In this document: piece by piece, positions 39,496 to 51,395 of the stretch | Numbering within the stretch: position 1 is the stretch's first letter | Layout: every line of letters starts with the position of its first letter | Assembly: GCA_030264375.1 (NCBI GenBank) | Contig: JASCQW010000162.1 | Location: 96,002,558 to 96,066,557, forward strand | DNA from: Carcharhinus longimanus | Lineage: Eukaryota | Length of the DNA stretch: 64,000 bases | Direction of reading: 5' to 3' | Notes under the pieces: generated by a model | Databases searched by the model: none | The model's input: the letters and a program-made list of their open reading frames with translations, nothing else | Told to the model about the DNA's origin: nothing | Program-made: the position numbers and the translations under genes

Positions 39496-40744
39496 ACAAT
39501 TTGGAACATTATTGCAGCAACAACATCTCATAAACTATGTCTTGGAATGGTGCCACTCTGCCTTGTGCTCTTGTCCCCATTTCTCCTCATCAGGAGCAGG
39601 ACAACATTCATCAAGATTGATTTTTTTTTAGGATTCCTGGGGCTCCTTAATGCATAATATGTCTCGAATGAGCCATGCTAAATAAAAGCAAATAAATTAA
39701 GTATTGTAATTTTAATTAATACAAAACTGTGGTTAACAACAATTTTATAATGGAAACAAACAATAATGAACAGTGTAAACTGCGTTATAGGATAAAACCT
39801 TTTAAATAAAAGATATACCAAGCTCATTTGCAATTAGTATCCCTCAGCAATAACATTAGTAATGGTGGAGGATACAATGTGGGCATTTCAAAACTTAAAA
39901 TGGCCGAAGTGTTTTTGGGTGGCAAGAGATGAAAGAAACATGAGACGGGAAACGTCCAAAAGAATCTGCTGGCAAAGTGGTTTCAAAGACTCATCATTTA
40001 TATCAAATAAGCAGCTGTTGCTGGCTGTGCAGATGCTGTTTACAAACAAGCTGGGCTTTGCCAATGCAGATGACAGCAACACTCACTTTTTACATTACTG
40101 TTAACGTTGACATCCTGTTGGCAGAAGCAAGAAATCAAACAAATGATTCAACAGCTTCTTAGTTCATCACTGCTTTGCTGAGGAAACTATCCACAACTAT
40201 CTTGTGTGCACTTCTGCTCCACAGTAGCAGATAATCAAACAGAGCCCCACTAGAACTATTAAGCTTCACCAGCAACTGTATTCCAATTCCCCCGCGAAAT
40301 GTCAACTCTTACTCCAAGTGGATACATTTACAATATTTGCATTAGTGACACATCTTGGACTGGGCAAGACTGTTGAATACTCTTGTTGCTCAGTCATCCG
40401 AAATCAACGGTGCAAACATCAAATCAGATATAGCGCTTAATTGGGTAAAAGGAATTAAGACACAAGAATACTAAATACTTCTTGCAAAACCACCAGAGAA
40501 GCTACTAGCACTGGAGGCAGGATGCTCATGGTGCTATCTGGTGTTCTGAATTCATCCGAAGCAGAATTGTCTTACCTGAGTGGAGGTCTGCAAAACAGGA
40601 TCTAAGCCACACCCCAATAATTACAGACTAATACTAAAATTCCCCAATAAGTTCAGGCAGAGGGGAAATTGTGACCAAAAGCTGTTGCAATATATTAAAC
40701 AAAATAACCCTGCATCTGACTGCTAAGTTTGTTTAAAAATAAAT

Positions 40745-41310
40745 CCACAAGACCATAAGAAGGAACAGGAGTAGGTTGTTTGGCCCCTCGAGTCTGCTCT
40801 GCCATTCATTAGGATTATGCAACATTTCTCATGTTCGTCTTCCTGCCCTTTCCCTGTAACTTTTGATTCCCTTACTGATCAAAGATCTATTTCAGTCTTA
40901 AATATACACAAGGATTCCGCCCTCATAGCTCTCTGTGGCAAGGAGTTCCAAAGACTCACAACTCTCAGAGAAGAAATTCCTCCTTATCTCAGTCTTAAAT
41001 TGATGCCTCTTTATTCTGAGACTATGCCCTCTGGTTCCAGACTCTCACATGAGGGGAAATCTCCTCTCAACATTTATTCTGCCAAGCCCCTTAAGAATCT
41101 TATATCTTCAATTAGATCACCTTTGATTCTACTAAATTCCAAAGAGTAGAGTCCCAATTTCCTCATAAGACAATCCCTCCAGAGATAATCTTAATGAACC
41201 TTCTCTACCTCCAAATAAGGGGACCAAAAGTATTCACAGTACTCGAGATGTGGTCTCACTAGTACCTTGCATAGTTGCAGCAAGTTTTCCCTACCCTAAT
41301 ACTCCAACAA
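40745..41310 (-). mobile_element. CR1 LINE 3' end
   Basis: Tail acaagaccataagaaggaacaggagtagg; minus strand reads SLEFSRIKGDLIE and LVRPHLEY. Confidence 0.85.
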
Positions 41311-41799
41311 TGGCAATGCTCTCAGTCTTGAGGAACAAAATGACAGCTTGAAAGTTCAAGCAAAAATTTCAAATATTTCCAGATTTTTAATCAATTGGTG
41401 ATTTCAGAGTTCAGATGTACTCCAAGCTAAGAGGTAGCAACCAATTAAGGCCCATTATCATTGTCACATTCAGAGGAACTAATTTCAAAAAACAGGCCAT
41501 TCAAAAGACATTTGAATGTTTAACATAGTCAAGAGCCTAACTTCCATTTTAAAATTGCCTGCGATGCCTAAAACTTAAGAGCGGATCTAATGCCTGTGCC
41601 GAGGGCTGCAGGTCACTCACTGTCAAATCAGTTTTGCATACAATTGTGTTGTGTCCAAAAGTAAATACAACACATATAGGATTCAATGAAAAGTGCAGGG
41701 GGACACCAAGCATCTGTAAAAATTAGGTGTCAACCTAGAGAATCTACAACAGTGGACTACTTGTGTGCTAATCAGTATAAGCAGCATATGACAGACAAA

Positions 41800-42756
41800 A
41801 TGAAGTGATCCCATTACCAACAAATAAGATCTAAGCACTGCAGTCTTGCCACATCCAGTTGTGGATGTGTCCGACAATTAAACCACTCACTAGAGAAGAA
41901 GGCTCCACAACTATCCCATCCTCAATGGTGGGAGAGCCTGGCACATCAGTGAAAAAGATAAGGCTGAAGCATTTACAGGAAGTGTCAAATGGATGATCCA
42001 TTTCAATCTCCTACTCCAGACTAGGTCCCCAGCATCACAGATGCCAGTCTTCAGCCAATTTGATTAGTTCCATGTGATATCAACAAATGGTGAAAGTACT
42101 GGATACTGCAAAGGCTATGGGCCCTAACAACATTCTAGCAATAATACCCAAGACTTGTGCTCAGAACTTGCTGCTCCTCTAGCCAAGCTGTTCTAGTGCA
42201 GCTACAACACTGGCACCTACCCAGTAATATGGAATTTGCCCAGGTAATATCATGTACACAAAAAGAAAAATCCAACCCAGTCAATTACTGCCCCATCACT
42301 CCACTGTCAGTAAAGTGATAAATGGGGTCATCAACAGTGCCATCCAGTGGCACTTACTTAGCAATAATCTGCTGTCTGATACTTGGTTTGGATTCTGCCA
42401 AGGTAATTCAACTCCTCATCTCATTGTTGCCTTGGCTCAAACACAGACAAAAGAGCTAAACTGAGTGTGACTGCCCTTGACATCAAGGCAGCATTTGACG
42501 GAGCATGGCAGCAAGAAACCTAGTAAAATTGAAGTCATTGAGAAGCAGAAGGGAGCTTCCCCACTGACTGAAGTCATACCGGCACAAGTATGATGATTGT
42601 AACCGTTGGAGGTCAATCATCTCACAGTTCCAGGCCATTCCTGCAGCAGCCTTTCAGGATGGTAGCCTAGACTGAACCATATTCAGCTCCTTCATCAATG
42701 ACATTCCTTCCATTATAAGATCAGAAGTGGAGATGTTCACTGATGACTGCAAAATG
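41800..42756 (+). mobile_element. Zenon-like LINE RT fragment
   Basis: AMGPNNI, ELAAPLAKLF, TALDIKAAFD, FINDI and EMFTDD motifs. Confidence 0.85.
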
Positions 42757-42983
42757 CCTTTATTCCTCAATTTCTTCTCCCTTTTAGAACATGACAGCTG
42801 GTGCTGTTTCAAATGGGGAGACAATACTCCAATTAGTAGATCTCACTTGCCTGAAGTTTCATGGTATTTTACCTTTAGCAATCCTTTCCCTAGTCAACTA
42901 AGATTTTGATCACTACATGTTGAGAAAAAAAAACAGAGGAAAAGGTTTGAGTATTCTACTCCCACAATAGCGTTTTTGAATGC

Positions 42984-43916
42984 AGGGCTGTGGCAAGTGG
43001 CGTTCCTCAGGGATCAGTGCTGGGACCTTTGCTGTTTGTAATATATAAACGATTTGGAGAAAAACGTAACTGGTTTGATTAGTAAGTTTGCAGATGTCAC
43101 AAAGGTTGGTGGATTTGCAGATAGTGACGACGACCATCAGAGGATACAGCAGGGTGGAGATCAGTTGGACACTTGGGCGAAGAGATGGCAGATGGCGTTC
43201 AATCCGGACAAATACGAGGTAATGCATTTTGCAAGGTCTAAAGCAGATGGGAAATATACAGTAAATGGCAGAACCCTTAAGAGTATCGACAGGCAGAGGG
43301 ATCTGGGTATACAGGTACACAGGTCACTGAAAGTGGCAATGCAGATGGAGGAGGTAGTCAAGAAGGTATAGGAATGCTTGCCTTCATCAGCCGGGGCATT
43401 GAGTTTAAAAATTGGCAAGTCATGTTGCAGCTTTATAGAACCTTAGTTGGGCCGCACTTGGAATATAGTGTTCAATTCTGGTCACCACACTACCAGAAAC
43501 ATTTGGAGGCTTTGGAGAAGGTACAGAAAAGATTTACCAGAACGTTGCCTGGTATGGAGGGCATTAGCTGTGAAGAAGTTGGAGAAACTTGAATTGTTCT
43601 CATTGGAATGATGAAGGCTGAGGGGAGACCTGATAGAAGTTTACAAGAGTATGAGAGGCATGGACAGAGTGGACAGTCAGAAGCTTTTTCCCTGGGTGGA
43701 AGAGTCATTTTCTAGGGGGCACAAGTTTCAGGTGCAAGGGGCAAAGTTAAAGGAGATGTACGAGGCAGATTTTGTTTACACAGAGTAGTGGGTGTCTGGA
43801 ACTCATTGCTGGGGAGGTAGTGGAAAGGTAGGGGGTTTTAGTTCAGTCGGGGCAGTGCAGGTTTGGAGGGCTGAAGGGCCTGTTCCTGTGCTGTAATTTT
43901 CTTTGTTCTTTGTTCT
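42984..43916 (+). mobile_element. 5'-truncated CR1 LINE ending at the ANKFN1-like exon acceptor
   Basis: [34 protein letters not shown]; 3' stem gggctgaagggcctgttcctgtgctgta and tail ttctttgttctttgttct. Confidence 0.93.
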
Positions 43917-43918
43917 AG

Positions 43919-44129
43919 TATTTGCAGTGTAACGAGGCTTTATTTGAAGCTATTGGGCAGCGGGATCTTGATGCTGTGCACTTACTGCTCACTCAGTACA
44001 GCTTGGATGAACTGGGGCTCAACACCCCCAATCTCATGGGGCTTCTGCCATTGGACATCGCCATCATGACCAATAACATTGGTGTTGCTCGGACCCTCAT
44101 GAAGGCCGGAGCCAGGGAGAGCCCACACT
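43919..44129 (+). CDS. ANKFN1: Internal coding exon (ankyrin-repeat region) of an ANKFN1 / wide-awake-like gene, possibly a paralog
   Basis: Translates YLQCNEALFEAIGQRDLDAVHLLLTQYSLDELGLNTPNLMGLLPLDIAIMTNNIGVARTLMKAGARESPH, collinear with recalled human ANKFN1 NFQGNEAMFEAVEQQDMDAV...LNTPNSEGLTPLDIAIMTNN...GARESPHF. Acceptor ttctag at 43913-43918, donor GTGAGT at 44130, phase 0 to phase 1 (split codon T|TT would give the F of ESPHF). Confidence 0.9.
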
Positions 44130-44409
44130 GTGAGTGCCAGCATGGAGCCTTCCATTGTTTCACTTGATGCATTATTTTGTAAACAGGTCAGATTTCATTC
44201 TTTCGAATACCTTGTAGCTTAACCCAAAGTATTTACTTAATCTGCTTCACTTACTGACTTGATTCACCTTCCCAGTAAAATGACAGGACTAAAGTTTATG
44301 AAACAAGTCAAGACTAATTTTCCTATTTGGATATTGTTCCTGTTGCTTTATTATTTTAATTTGGTTTTTTGCACAAGATCCTATTCAGAATCCATTAACC
44401 GCCAATTCT

Positions 44410-44858
44410 GGAGGTGAGTGTGACTCCTGTTGACTTCAAGGCTGCATTTAACTGAGTGTGGCATCAAGGAGCCCGAGCTAAGCTGGAATCCATGGGAATC
44501 AGGGGGAAAACTCTCCGCTGGTTGGAGCCATACTCGGCACAAAGGATGATGGTTATGGATCAATCATCTCAGATCCAGGTCATTACTGCAGAAGTTATGT
44601 ACCAACTGACACAATAAGGACCTACCTTATGTTAATTCTTTCTCTACACCCCAGCTATGACTGCAACACTACATTCTGCACTCTTTCCTTTCCTTCTCTA
44701 TCAATGGTATGCTTTGTCTGTATAGCATGCAAGAAATTATTACTTTTCACTGTATGCCACTACATGTGACAATAATAAATACATCAATCCGGTTTCTCAG
44801 GATAGTGTCCTTGGCCTAACCATCTTCAGCTCTTCATCAATGATCTTCCCTCCATACT
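44410..44858 (+). mobile_element. Zenon-like LINE RT fragment, interrupted
   Basis: DFKAAFN*VWHQG..MGIRGKTLRWLE, resuming at SQDSVLGLTIFS after the insert. Confidence 0.75.
44598..44790 (+). mobile_element. Rex/Babar-like LINE 3' UTR
   Basis: Closely similar to 61845-61999; ends tacatgtgacaataataaat. Confidence 0.7.
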
Positions 44859-45465
44859 GTCAGACCCCACTTGGAGTACTGTGCGCAGTTCTGGTCGCCT
44901 CACTACAGGAAGGATGTGGAAGCTATTGAGAGAGTGCAGAGGAGATTTACAAGGATGTTGCCTGGATTGGGAGGCATGCCTTATGAAGATAGGTTGAGGG
45001 AGCTAGGTCTNNNNNNNNNNNNNNNNNNNNNNNNNNNNNNNNNNNNNNNNNNNNNNNNNNNNNNNNNNNNNNNNNNNNNNNNNNNNNNNNNNNNNNNNNN
45101 NNNNNNNNNNCTACAAGATTATGAGAGGCATGGACAGAGTGGACAGTCAGAAGCTTTTTCTCAGAGTGGAACAGTCAATTACCAGGGACACAGATTTAAG
45201 GTGTGAGGGGCAAGGTTTAAAGGAGATGTACAAGGCAGATTTTTTTTTTTTTTACACAGAGTGGTGGATGCTTGGAACTCGTTGCCAGGGGACATAGTGG
45301 AAGCGGATACAGCAGTGACTTTTAAGGGACATCTTGACAAATACATGAATAAGATGGGAATAGAGGGATACGGTCCCTGGAAGGATAGGGGGTTTTAGTT
45401 AAGTAGGGCAGCATGGTCAATGCAGACTTGGAGGGTCCGTAGCTGAGGTGTAATTTTCCTTGTTC
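44859..45465 (+). mobile_element. CR1 LINE 3' part across a gap (may be two copies)
   Basis: RPHLEYCAQFWSPHYRKDVEAIERVQRRFTRMLPGL; the post-gap part is the same subfamily as 43640-43916. Confidence 0.88.
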
Positions 45466-46599
45466 ACTGTAGGTAAATTATGGATGAATTTGTAAACATG
45501 ACTAGGGAGGTAAAAAAAAACTTGATTTCACAAGCATCCCTGACAATCGGTTAAGATCCAAGTTATTTACTTTCCGTCTGCCTGTATCTTTCTTTTCTGT
45601 GACATATTTGTGTTGCATGTTGTTGGTTGAACCAACACAAAAACCAATTATTGCACTGTCCATATTAATTATATGCTGCTCAACAACTACTGGGAAACAT
45701 TCAGTGATGCATGGTGTATCACTGGAACCCGTGAAATCAAATAGTCAGTTCTGCAAAATGTCATAGAAATGCCTTTCAGTGTTGCTGTTTTCTCTCTACA
45801 TAATAAGATTATTAGCCAGCTTTTTTAAAACTGTCTTTATCTTGCAAAGTTTGAGATCTGCACAGTACAGTAAAATTCACCAACCTCACTTTGACCCTTT
45901 GGCTTGAACCTTTATCATCCTGTTAACAAATCAAATCTAATATAAATCATGTGGACTCCATCAATCAACACAAGCTTCCTTTAATACTGCACCATCATTT
46001 TTTCCTCCCCCCCCCCCGCGAACTGCGATGGGGAATTGCTGAAAAGGAGAGCTTTTAAAATGGAACATTGATAGCACAATATAAAGTTATGGCTGTCCAT
46101 TTTCCTGATTTTGGAAGAGAGACATCTAATTTCTCCACAACGGTTTAAAGTATGAATGGAATCCATTTTACATATTCCACATTAAAAAATATCACTGTCC
46201 CTTTGGGAACATAACTTACTGGGCTGGGTTTTGCGATAAGAATTACAGCGTGGCTGTCAGTAAATCAGACAAAAACATCTGTCGCCTACACATATGCAGT
46301 TAAATATGGAAATCTGGAAGCTTCTATCAAAAATGCTGTGTTCCTCCACAGGGATCACTGCAGTTGCCCTCGCCAATAGACTCAACACAATGATGTGAAG
46401 TCGCCCTTTACAAATAATAGAAAAGGTTAGAGCTATTGCACTCAGGAGTCAGAGTTTGTGGACATGATATGTGATATTTGCTGCCAAAATATTAATTTTA
46501 CAAATGTGGAGTCTCAGTCCTTCAGAAGCTCATTAGAGTTTGTGCTTCTTTTAAAAAAATTGCCTGTCTTTTTTTTCCTCTCTCTCAACCCCATTAGTC

Positions 46600-46736
46600 T
46601 GGTTAGGTGCATTGGCCATGCTAAGTTCTCCCCAGTGTGCCCGAACAGGTGCCGGAGTGTGGCGACTAGGGGATTTTCACAGTAACTTCATTGCAGTGTT
46701 AAAGTAAGCCCACTTGTGACACCAATAAATAAACTT
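46600..46736 (+). mobile_element. 5'-truncated V-SINE tail
   Basis: ggttaggtgcattggccatgctaag...cttgtgacaccaataaataaac. Confidence 0.85.
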
Positions 46737-47071
46737 AGTTTTTTCTAATATTTGTTTAACTTTTCTGTACATGATTTAAGTATAATTTATAATTGCTGCT
46801 TTTTACTTCCAGCTTAGTCTCTGCAGCCCCACAAGGAGTTTCTCATGATCCCATCTGCTTCCGGGTTTAACTGGGACACAAGGAGGTGAGCAGCATATCC
46901 TCAGTGGAGCTGTCTGGTTAGTAATTTCAAATTTAAGTAGTCAATTGATAATGGATTTAGTCCAGGATTCTAGCTTTAACAGCCAGCACATAGATTTCTC
47001 AAGCCATGTGGAATTTACAAAGGTCAACAGTGTAAGAACACAGCAGGAGCCATTGTTCAATGGAACTCTCA

Positions 47072-47690
47072 GGCCAGGATTTTGCACCCAAAGGTGATGA
47101 GTATCTTGGGAAAATGGAAATCTTGCCCAGGAAGGCTAGGAACCCAATTTAAATACATTTGGATCCCATCAGTGGGCTTCCCCACTATGCTGTTCCCCCC
47201 GCCACAACATTGGGATTTCTCCCCCTCGCCAACATGATGTCATATTTGCGAGGTTTACAACAGATCTGGAGCAATGGGACCTAAGTGAAGAGATCAGGGG
47301 TGGGGGTGGGGGCACACAAGTATAGACCCCCAGTGGGGCAGGGACATGCTCGAGCAGTATCCTGGCACTGTCCCCTGGCAGTGCAGGGGGTTGGGATGGT
47401 GTCCACTATGGGGGTCACGTCAGTATAATATTTAGTGCTAGAGATCAAGGTGCACTGACTGGACAGCCGACATTGCCCCACCAGTGTGACGGCATGGGAC
47501 ATGCCTCCAGCAATTTTTTTCTCAGTGCTGGAAAGTAAGGTAAGAAGAGGCTAGCGTGCTGGTGTGCAAGAGATAAGTGAGAAGAGTTTCCACTCCCATG
47601 TCCCCTTCTTTCATCTTTGCTCTCATGGCCTACCTACACTAGCGAGCACATAGCTGCATTCCAATCAGGTGTTGAATGGCCAAGATGAGA
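47072..47690. mobile_element. GC-rich Harbinger-like non-autonomous element
   Basis: ggccaggattttgcac terminus; interior tggcactg/cagtgc motifs as in 18652-19543. Confidence 0.45.
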
Positions 47691-47698
47691 CTTACCAT

Positions 47699-48021
47699 TC
47701 ATAGAATCATAAAAACTCTACAGTGCAGAAGGACACCATTCGGGCCATCGAGTCTGCACTGACAACAATCCCATCCCAGGTGCTAACCCCACAAATTTAT
47801 TCCACTAATCTGTCTAACCTACACATCCTGGGACACTAAGGGACAATTTAGCTTGGCAGTCAACCTAACCTGCACATCATTGGACTGTGGGAGGAAACTG
47901 GAGCACCCGGAGGAAACCCATGCAGACACAAGGAGAATGTGCAAACTCAACACAGCGACCCAACCGGGGAATCGAGCCCGGGTCCCTAGAGCTGAGAGGC
48001 AGCAATGTTAAGCACGGCGCC
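47699..48021 (-). mobile_element. HE1-type V-SINE with CR1 tail
   Basis: V-SINE head and body; tail (reverse complement) gcagactcgatggcccgaatggtgtccttctgcactgtag..tatgattctatg. Confidence 0.85.
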
Positions 48022-49741
48022 AATTATCCTGTGTAAAATGACAAACTGAGTTGTAGGCCATTTGTTAGGGCAAGAATACACTTGGTTATCTGTCAGGTCT
48101 GATTCTCCCAAGGTGACTAAAAGGTCCTTAAAAGGTGGACATGAGCACAAAAGGTTGAGGCATCACGGCAATTACGGTGGAGATAGACCACTCCAATTTC
48201 TCTCCAAGGGTGCATATAGCTTCCTGAAATTCTAACAGATCCAGATGTATTTCCCATTGCTGATGCAGAAGTCTGCTCTTTAATATTGATCCTCAAGGCT
48301 ATGCATCTACCTGCAGCTGAGCAGAGTTTAGTGTGTCCTGTGGCTTCTAATCGAGACCCTTCACTGCTGTCCCTTCTCTAGCAGCTGCTCAAATGTGACA
48401 TGCGGTCACTGACTGACATTCTAGCTATCTCTGATAGAGTCTCCAATAAAGTGTGCGTTGGCACAATGCTGCTGGCCTCAAACCCAACCCCCCCCCACCT
48501 CACATGTCCCACAACAAACTGATCTATTTCAGTAAAATTCCACCCTGCCTGTCTCAATGAGAATTTTTCAGTTTTATTGATTGAGGAACCATGGTGTGTC
48601 TTGGCTTGTTTTCAGATGCCCTGTAGAGGGTGCTGCACTAGAATCAGATGCCAGAGCAAAGCAGATCTGTACTCGAAAGCTGAGAAAACTGTATGCAGCC
48701 ATCAGCAAGGTGAATTGCAGTGTGTCACTCATTTGCCTGAAATGAAAAGTCTACACAATTCTATGATGCAAGACAAAAACACTTACATCTATCACCTGCA
48801 TTTATGGGGAAGCTAGATAAATATGCAAGGGGGAGAGAGAGAGAGATAGCAAGATGGATATGTTGAGAGCTGACTCATGTGGAGCATGAATACCAGGATG
48901 AACTGTTGGATCGAAGACTGGAAAGTAAATACTTGTAATACTAAGCATTAAGTAAGCACCATCCTGAAGATATGACTTTCACACAAATGATGTCTTAAAA
49001 CTGAATAACTTTCTTTTGAAGGAATGTTGATCAGCATTTTATTATTTTAAATCATGATAATCACATCAATTCTAGTCTTGGCTCCTGTTCAGACTATTAA
49101 ACAGAATTTTTCTTTCTTTAATCTTTGTGTATTATCTAGTTAATTGCTTTATCAAGTGGCCATGACAGTTCCCCATCAGAAAATATTACCGGTATGAAAT
49201 TGGCTTCCCATGTTCAAAGGGCATAACAAAAATTTTTTAAAAACTTAAGTTGCTGAATATTTAAAAAAAAACAAAGCATCGCTTTCCAAACAAACTTGTT
49301 TGCACAATGGTTGTAAAAACAACCCATTTAAAAAAACAATGTTCCCCAAAATAGTCCAAATCCCAAAAACTCTCTGGCTGGTAACCTTCTCCTGCTAAAA
49401 ACAAACTCCAACAAGGAACGTTTTGCACAAGGAAAGATCTTTGCTGCATCATTATTTCTAAGTTTCTCAAGTCCTTGAAAAATAAGCTTCGAGAAGTGGA
49501 TTTAGATTTTGTTAAATCCAAGGTCATGACTTGTAAATGATGCCTGACAACACCCATTACTGCACAAGCAATTCATTTTTATTGCCGAAGTTTATGTCAG
49601 CAAAGGAAAGCCAGATACTTTAATTATGCGGAATATTTCCCACTAGTTCAGCATATTCTCAGCAGGGAAAGATTCCTCTAAGATTTCATGATGTATTACA
49701 CAGACCTGTCATAAACAGGTGAATAGCTTTACCTTTGGGGT

Positions 49742-50090
49742 TAGAACAAAGAACAAAGAACAACCCAGCACGGGAAACAGGCCCTTCGGCCCAACAAGCC
49801 CGCGCCGCCGCATCACCCNNNNNNNNNNNNNNNNNNNNNNNNNNNNNNNNNNNNNNNNNNNNNNNNNNNNNNNNNNNNNNNNNNNNNNNNNNNNNNNNNN
49901 NNNNNNNNNNNNNNNNNNGCTCCAGGGAGGCAGACCACCATCCTGGAGTCACGCCTCTGTCCACAGAACCTCCTATCGATACCTCTGACCCTCCCATCCC
50001 CTACCACTATCACCTTGCCAGCCCCCTTCTGTCCCTCTAAGTCAGTCTCCCCCTCCTGCCCATCTTTCTGTGCCCCTGTCGTAGAACCAT
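49742..50090 (-). mobile_element. CR1 LINE: 3' tail left of gap, ORF1 esterase right of gap
   Basis: agaacaaagaacaaag tail; IVVGDGRVRGIDRRFCGQRRDSRMVVCLPG is SGNH-esterase-type CR1 ORF1. Confidence 0.8.
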
Positions 50091-50223
50091 GGGGGGTTGT
50101 TTGAAAACTATTCTCTTTTCTGAGGAACTATTATAAACCAGTGAAATCTTGTATTTCTAACTCACATTGTTGTATCCGTGACAAAAAAAAACACATAACT
50201 GTGGTGATACTCTGCATTTACCA

Positions 50224-50400
50224 CAGAACAAAGAACAATACAGTGCAGGAACAGGCCCTTCGGCGCTCCAAGTCTGCGCCGATCATGTGTTCCTAACTAG
50301 ATCATCCATTTGTATCCCGCTATTCCCAGTCTGTTCATGTGACTATCTAGGTAAGTCTTAAATGATCCAGCGTGTCTGCCTCAACCAGCTTGCTTGGCCC
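50224..50400 (-). mobile_element. CR1 3' end
   Basis: cagaacaaagaacaatacagtgcaggaacaggcccttcgg tail. Confidence 0.8.
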
Positions 50401-51079
50401 TCTATAAGGCAGGTTGAGTTTTAAATTCACATGCATTGCTTTACTGAACAAATATTTCTGACCGTAGCTGTGTCTCTGCTAAGTGTGGCACTGTAAATAG
50501 GGCCAAGGAATAGAAGATTTTTTTACACAAAACCAAATTTGCAGAAACAAGGTATGGACAATTATCTGCAGAATCAGATAGACCAAAGAAAATGACAATG
50601 TACAACAATGAAATTTGGTTAGCAGAACCCAAATATCTCATAGATTAGCCACATTACACAACTGTCTTACCATTATTCATTTAAAAGGTCAGGATTAAAA
50701 CTGTTCCTCTTGTATCATAACTTACTTTATGTCTACAAAGGATACAAAAGAAAACACAATACAATAATTATAAGGTACTTTTTCTCAAGTAAAACGATCA
50801 CAAAATAATCGTTTGGTTATGTGGTGGCAAAGCATGTAGATGATACAGCTGGTACAGAACATGCCACCTACATTAATTGGTACAATCATTTTGAAATTCT
50901 TGTCCAATTTATATCTCACACAAGACTCGTCAATAAGAAGCCTCCATACAAAAGCAATTGATTCCATAAACATATGATACCTTAGACTGTCTAAAGTAAT
51001 CAATATTCCATTAGACACAACAACGCCAATCAAATCCACCCTATACAGGTAGCAGGCTGTTCAAAAATGCAATTAGACA

Positions 51080-51395
51080 TCAGCCTTGACTCAGGATAGC
51101 ACACTCGCCTTCCAATTCAGAAGGATATAGGTAAGCCACACTCCTGAAGGTTGAGCACATAATCAAAAAGAGTTCTGTACTGTCAGAATTGCTACCTTAC
51201 AGATGAAGAACAGCAGGAGAATTTTTCCTTTGCCCTGCCTAATAGTTATCTTTCAACACTGAAAACAGGTGATCTGGTTATGTTTGTAAATGAGAGTTGT
51301 GGGAGTTCATAAAAAGTAAGTGATTGATTGCAAGATGGTTTAAGATGTTCTGAGGTCATGAAAGATGTTATAAAAAGTATCTGCTTGCTTTCCTT
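51080..51395 (+). mobile_element. DeuSINE, old
   Basis: tRNA-like head, gaagaacagcaggagaattt...aatagttatc core, tail tgaggtcatgaaagatgttataaa. Confidence 0.6.
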
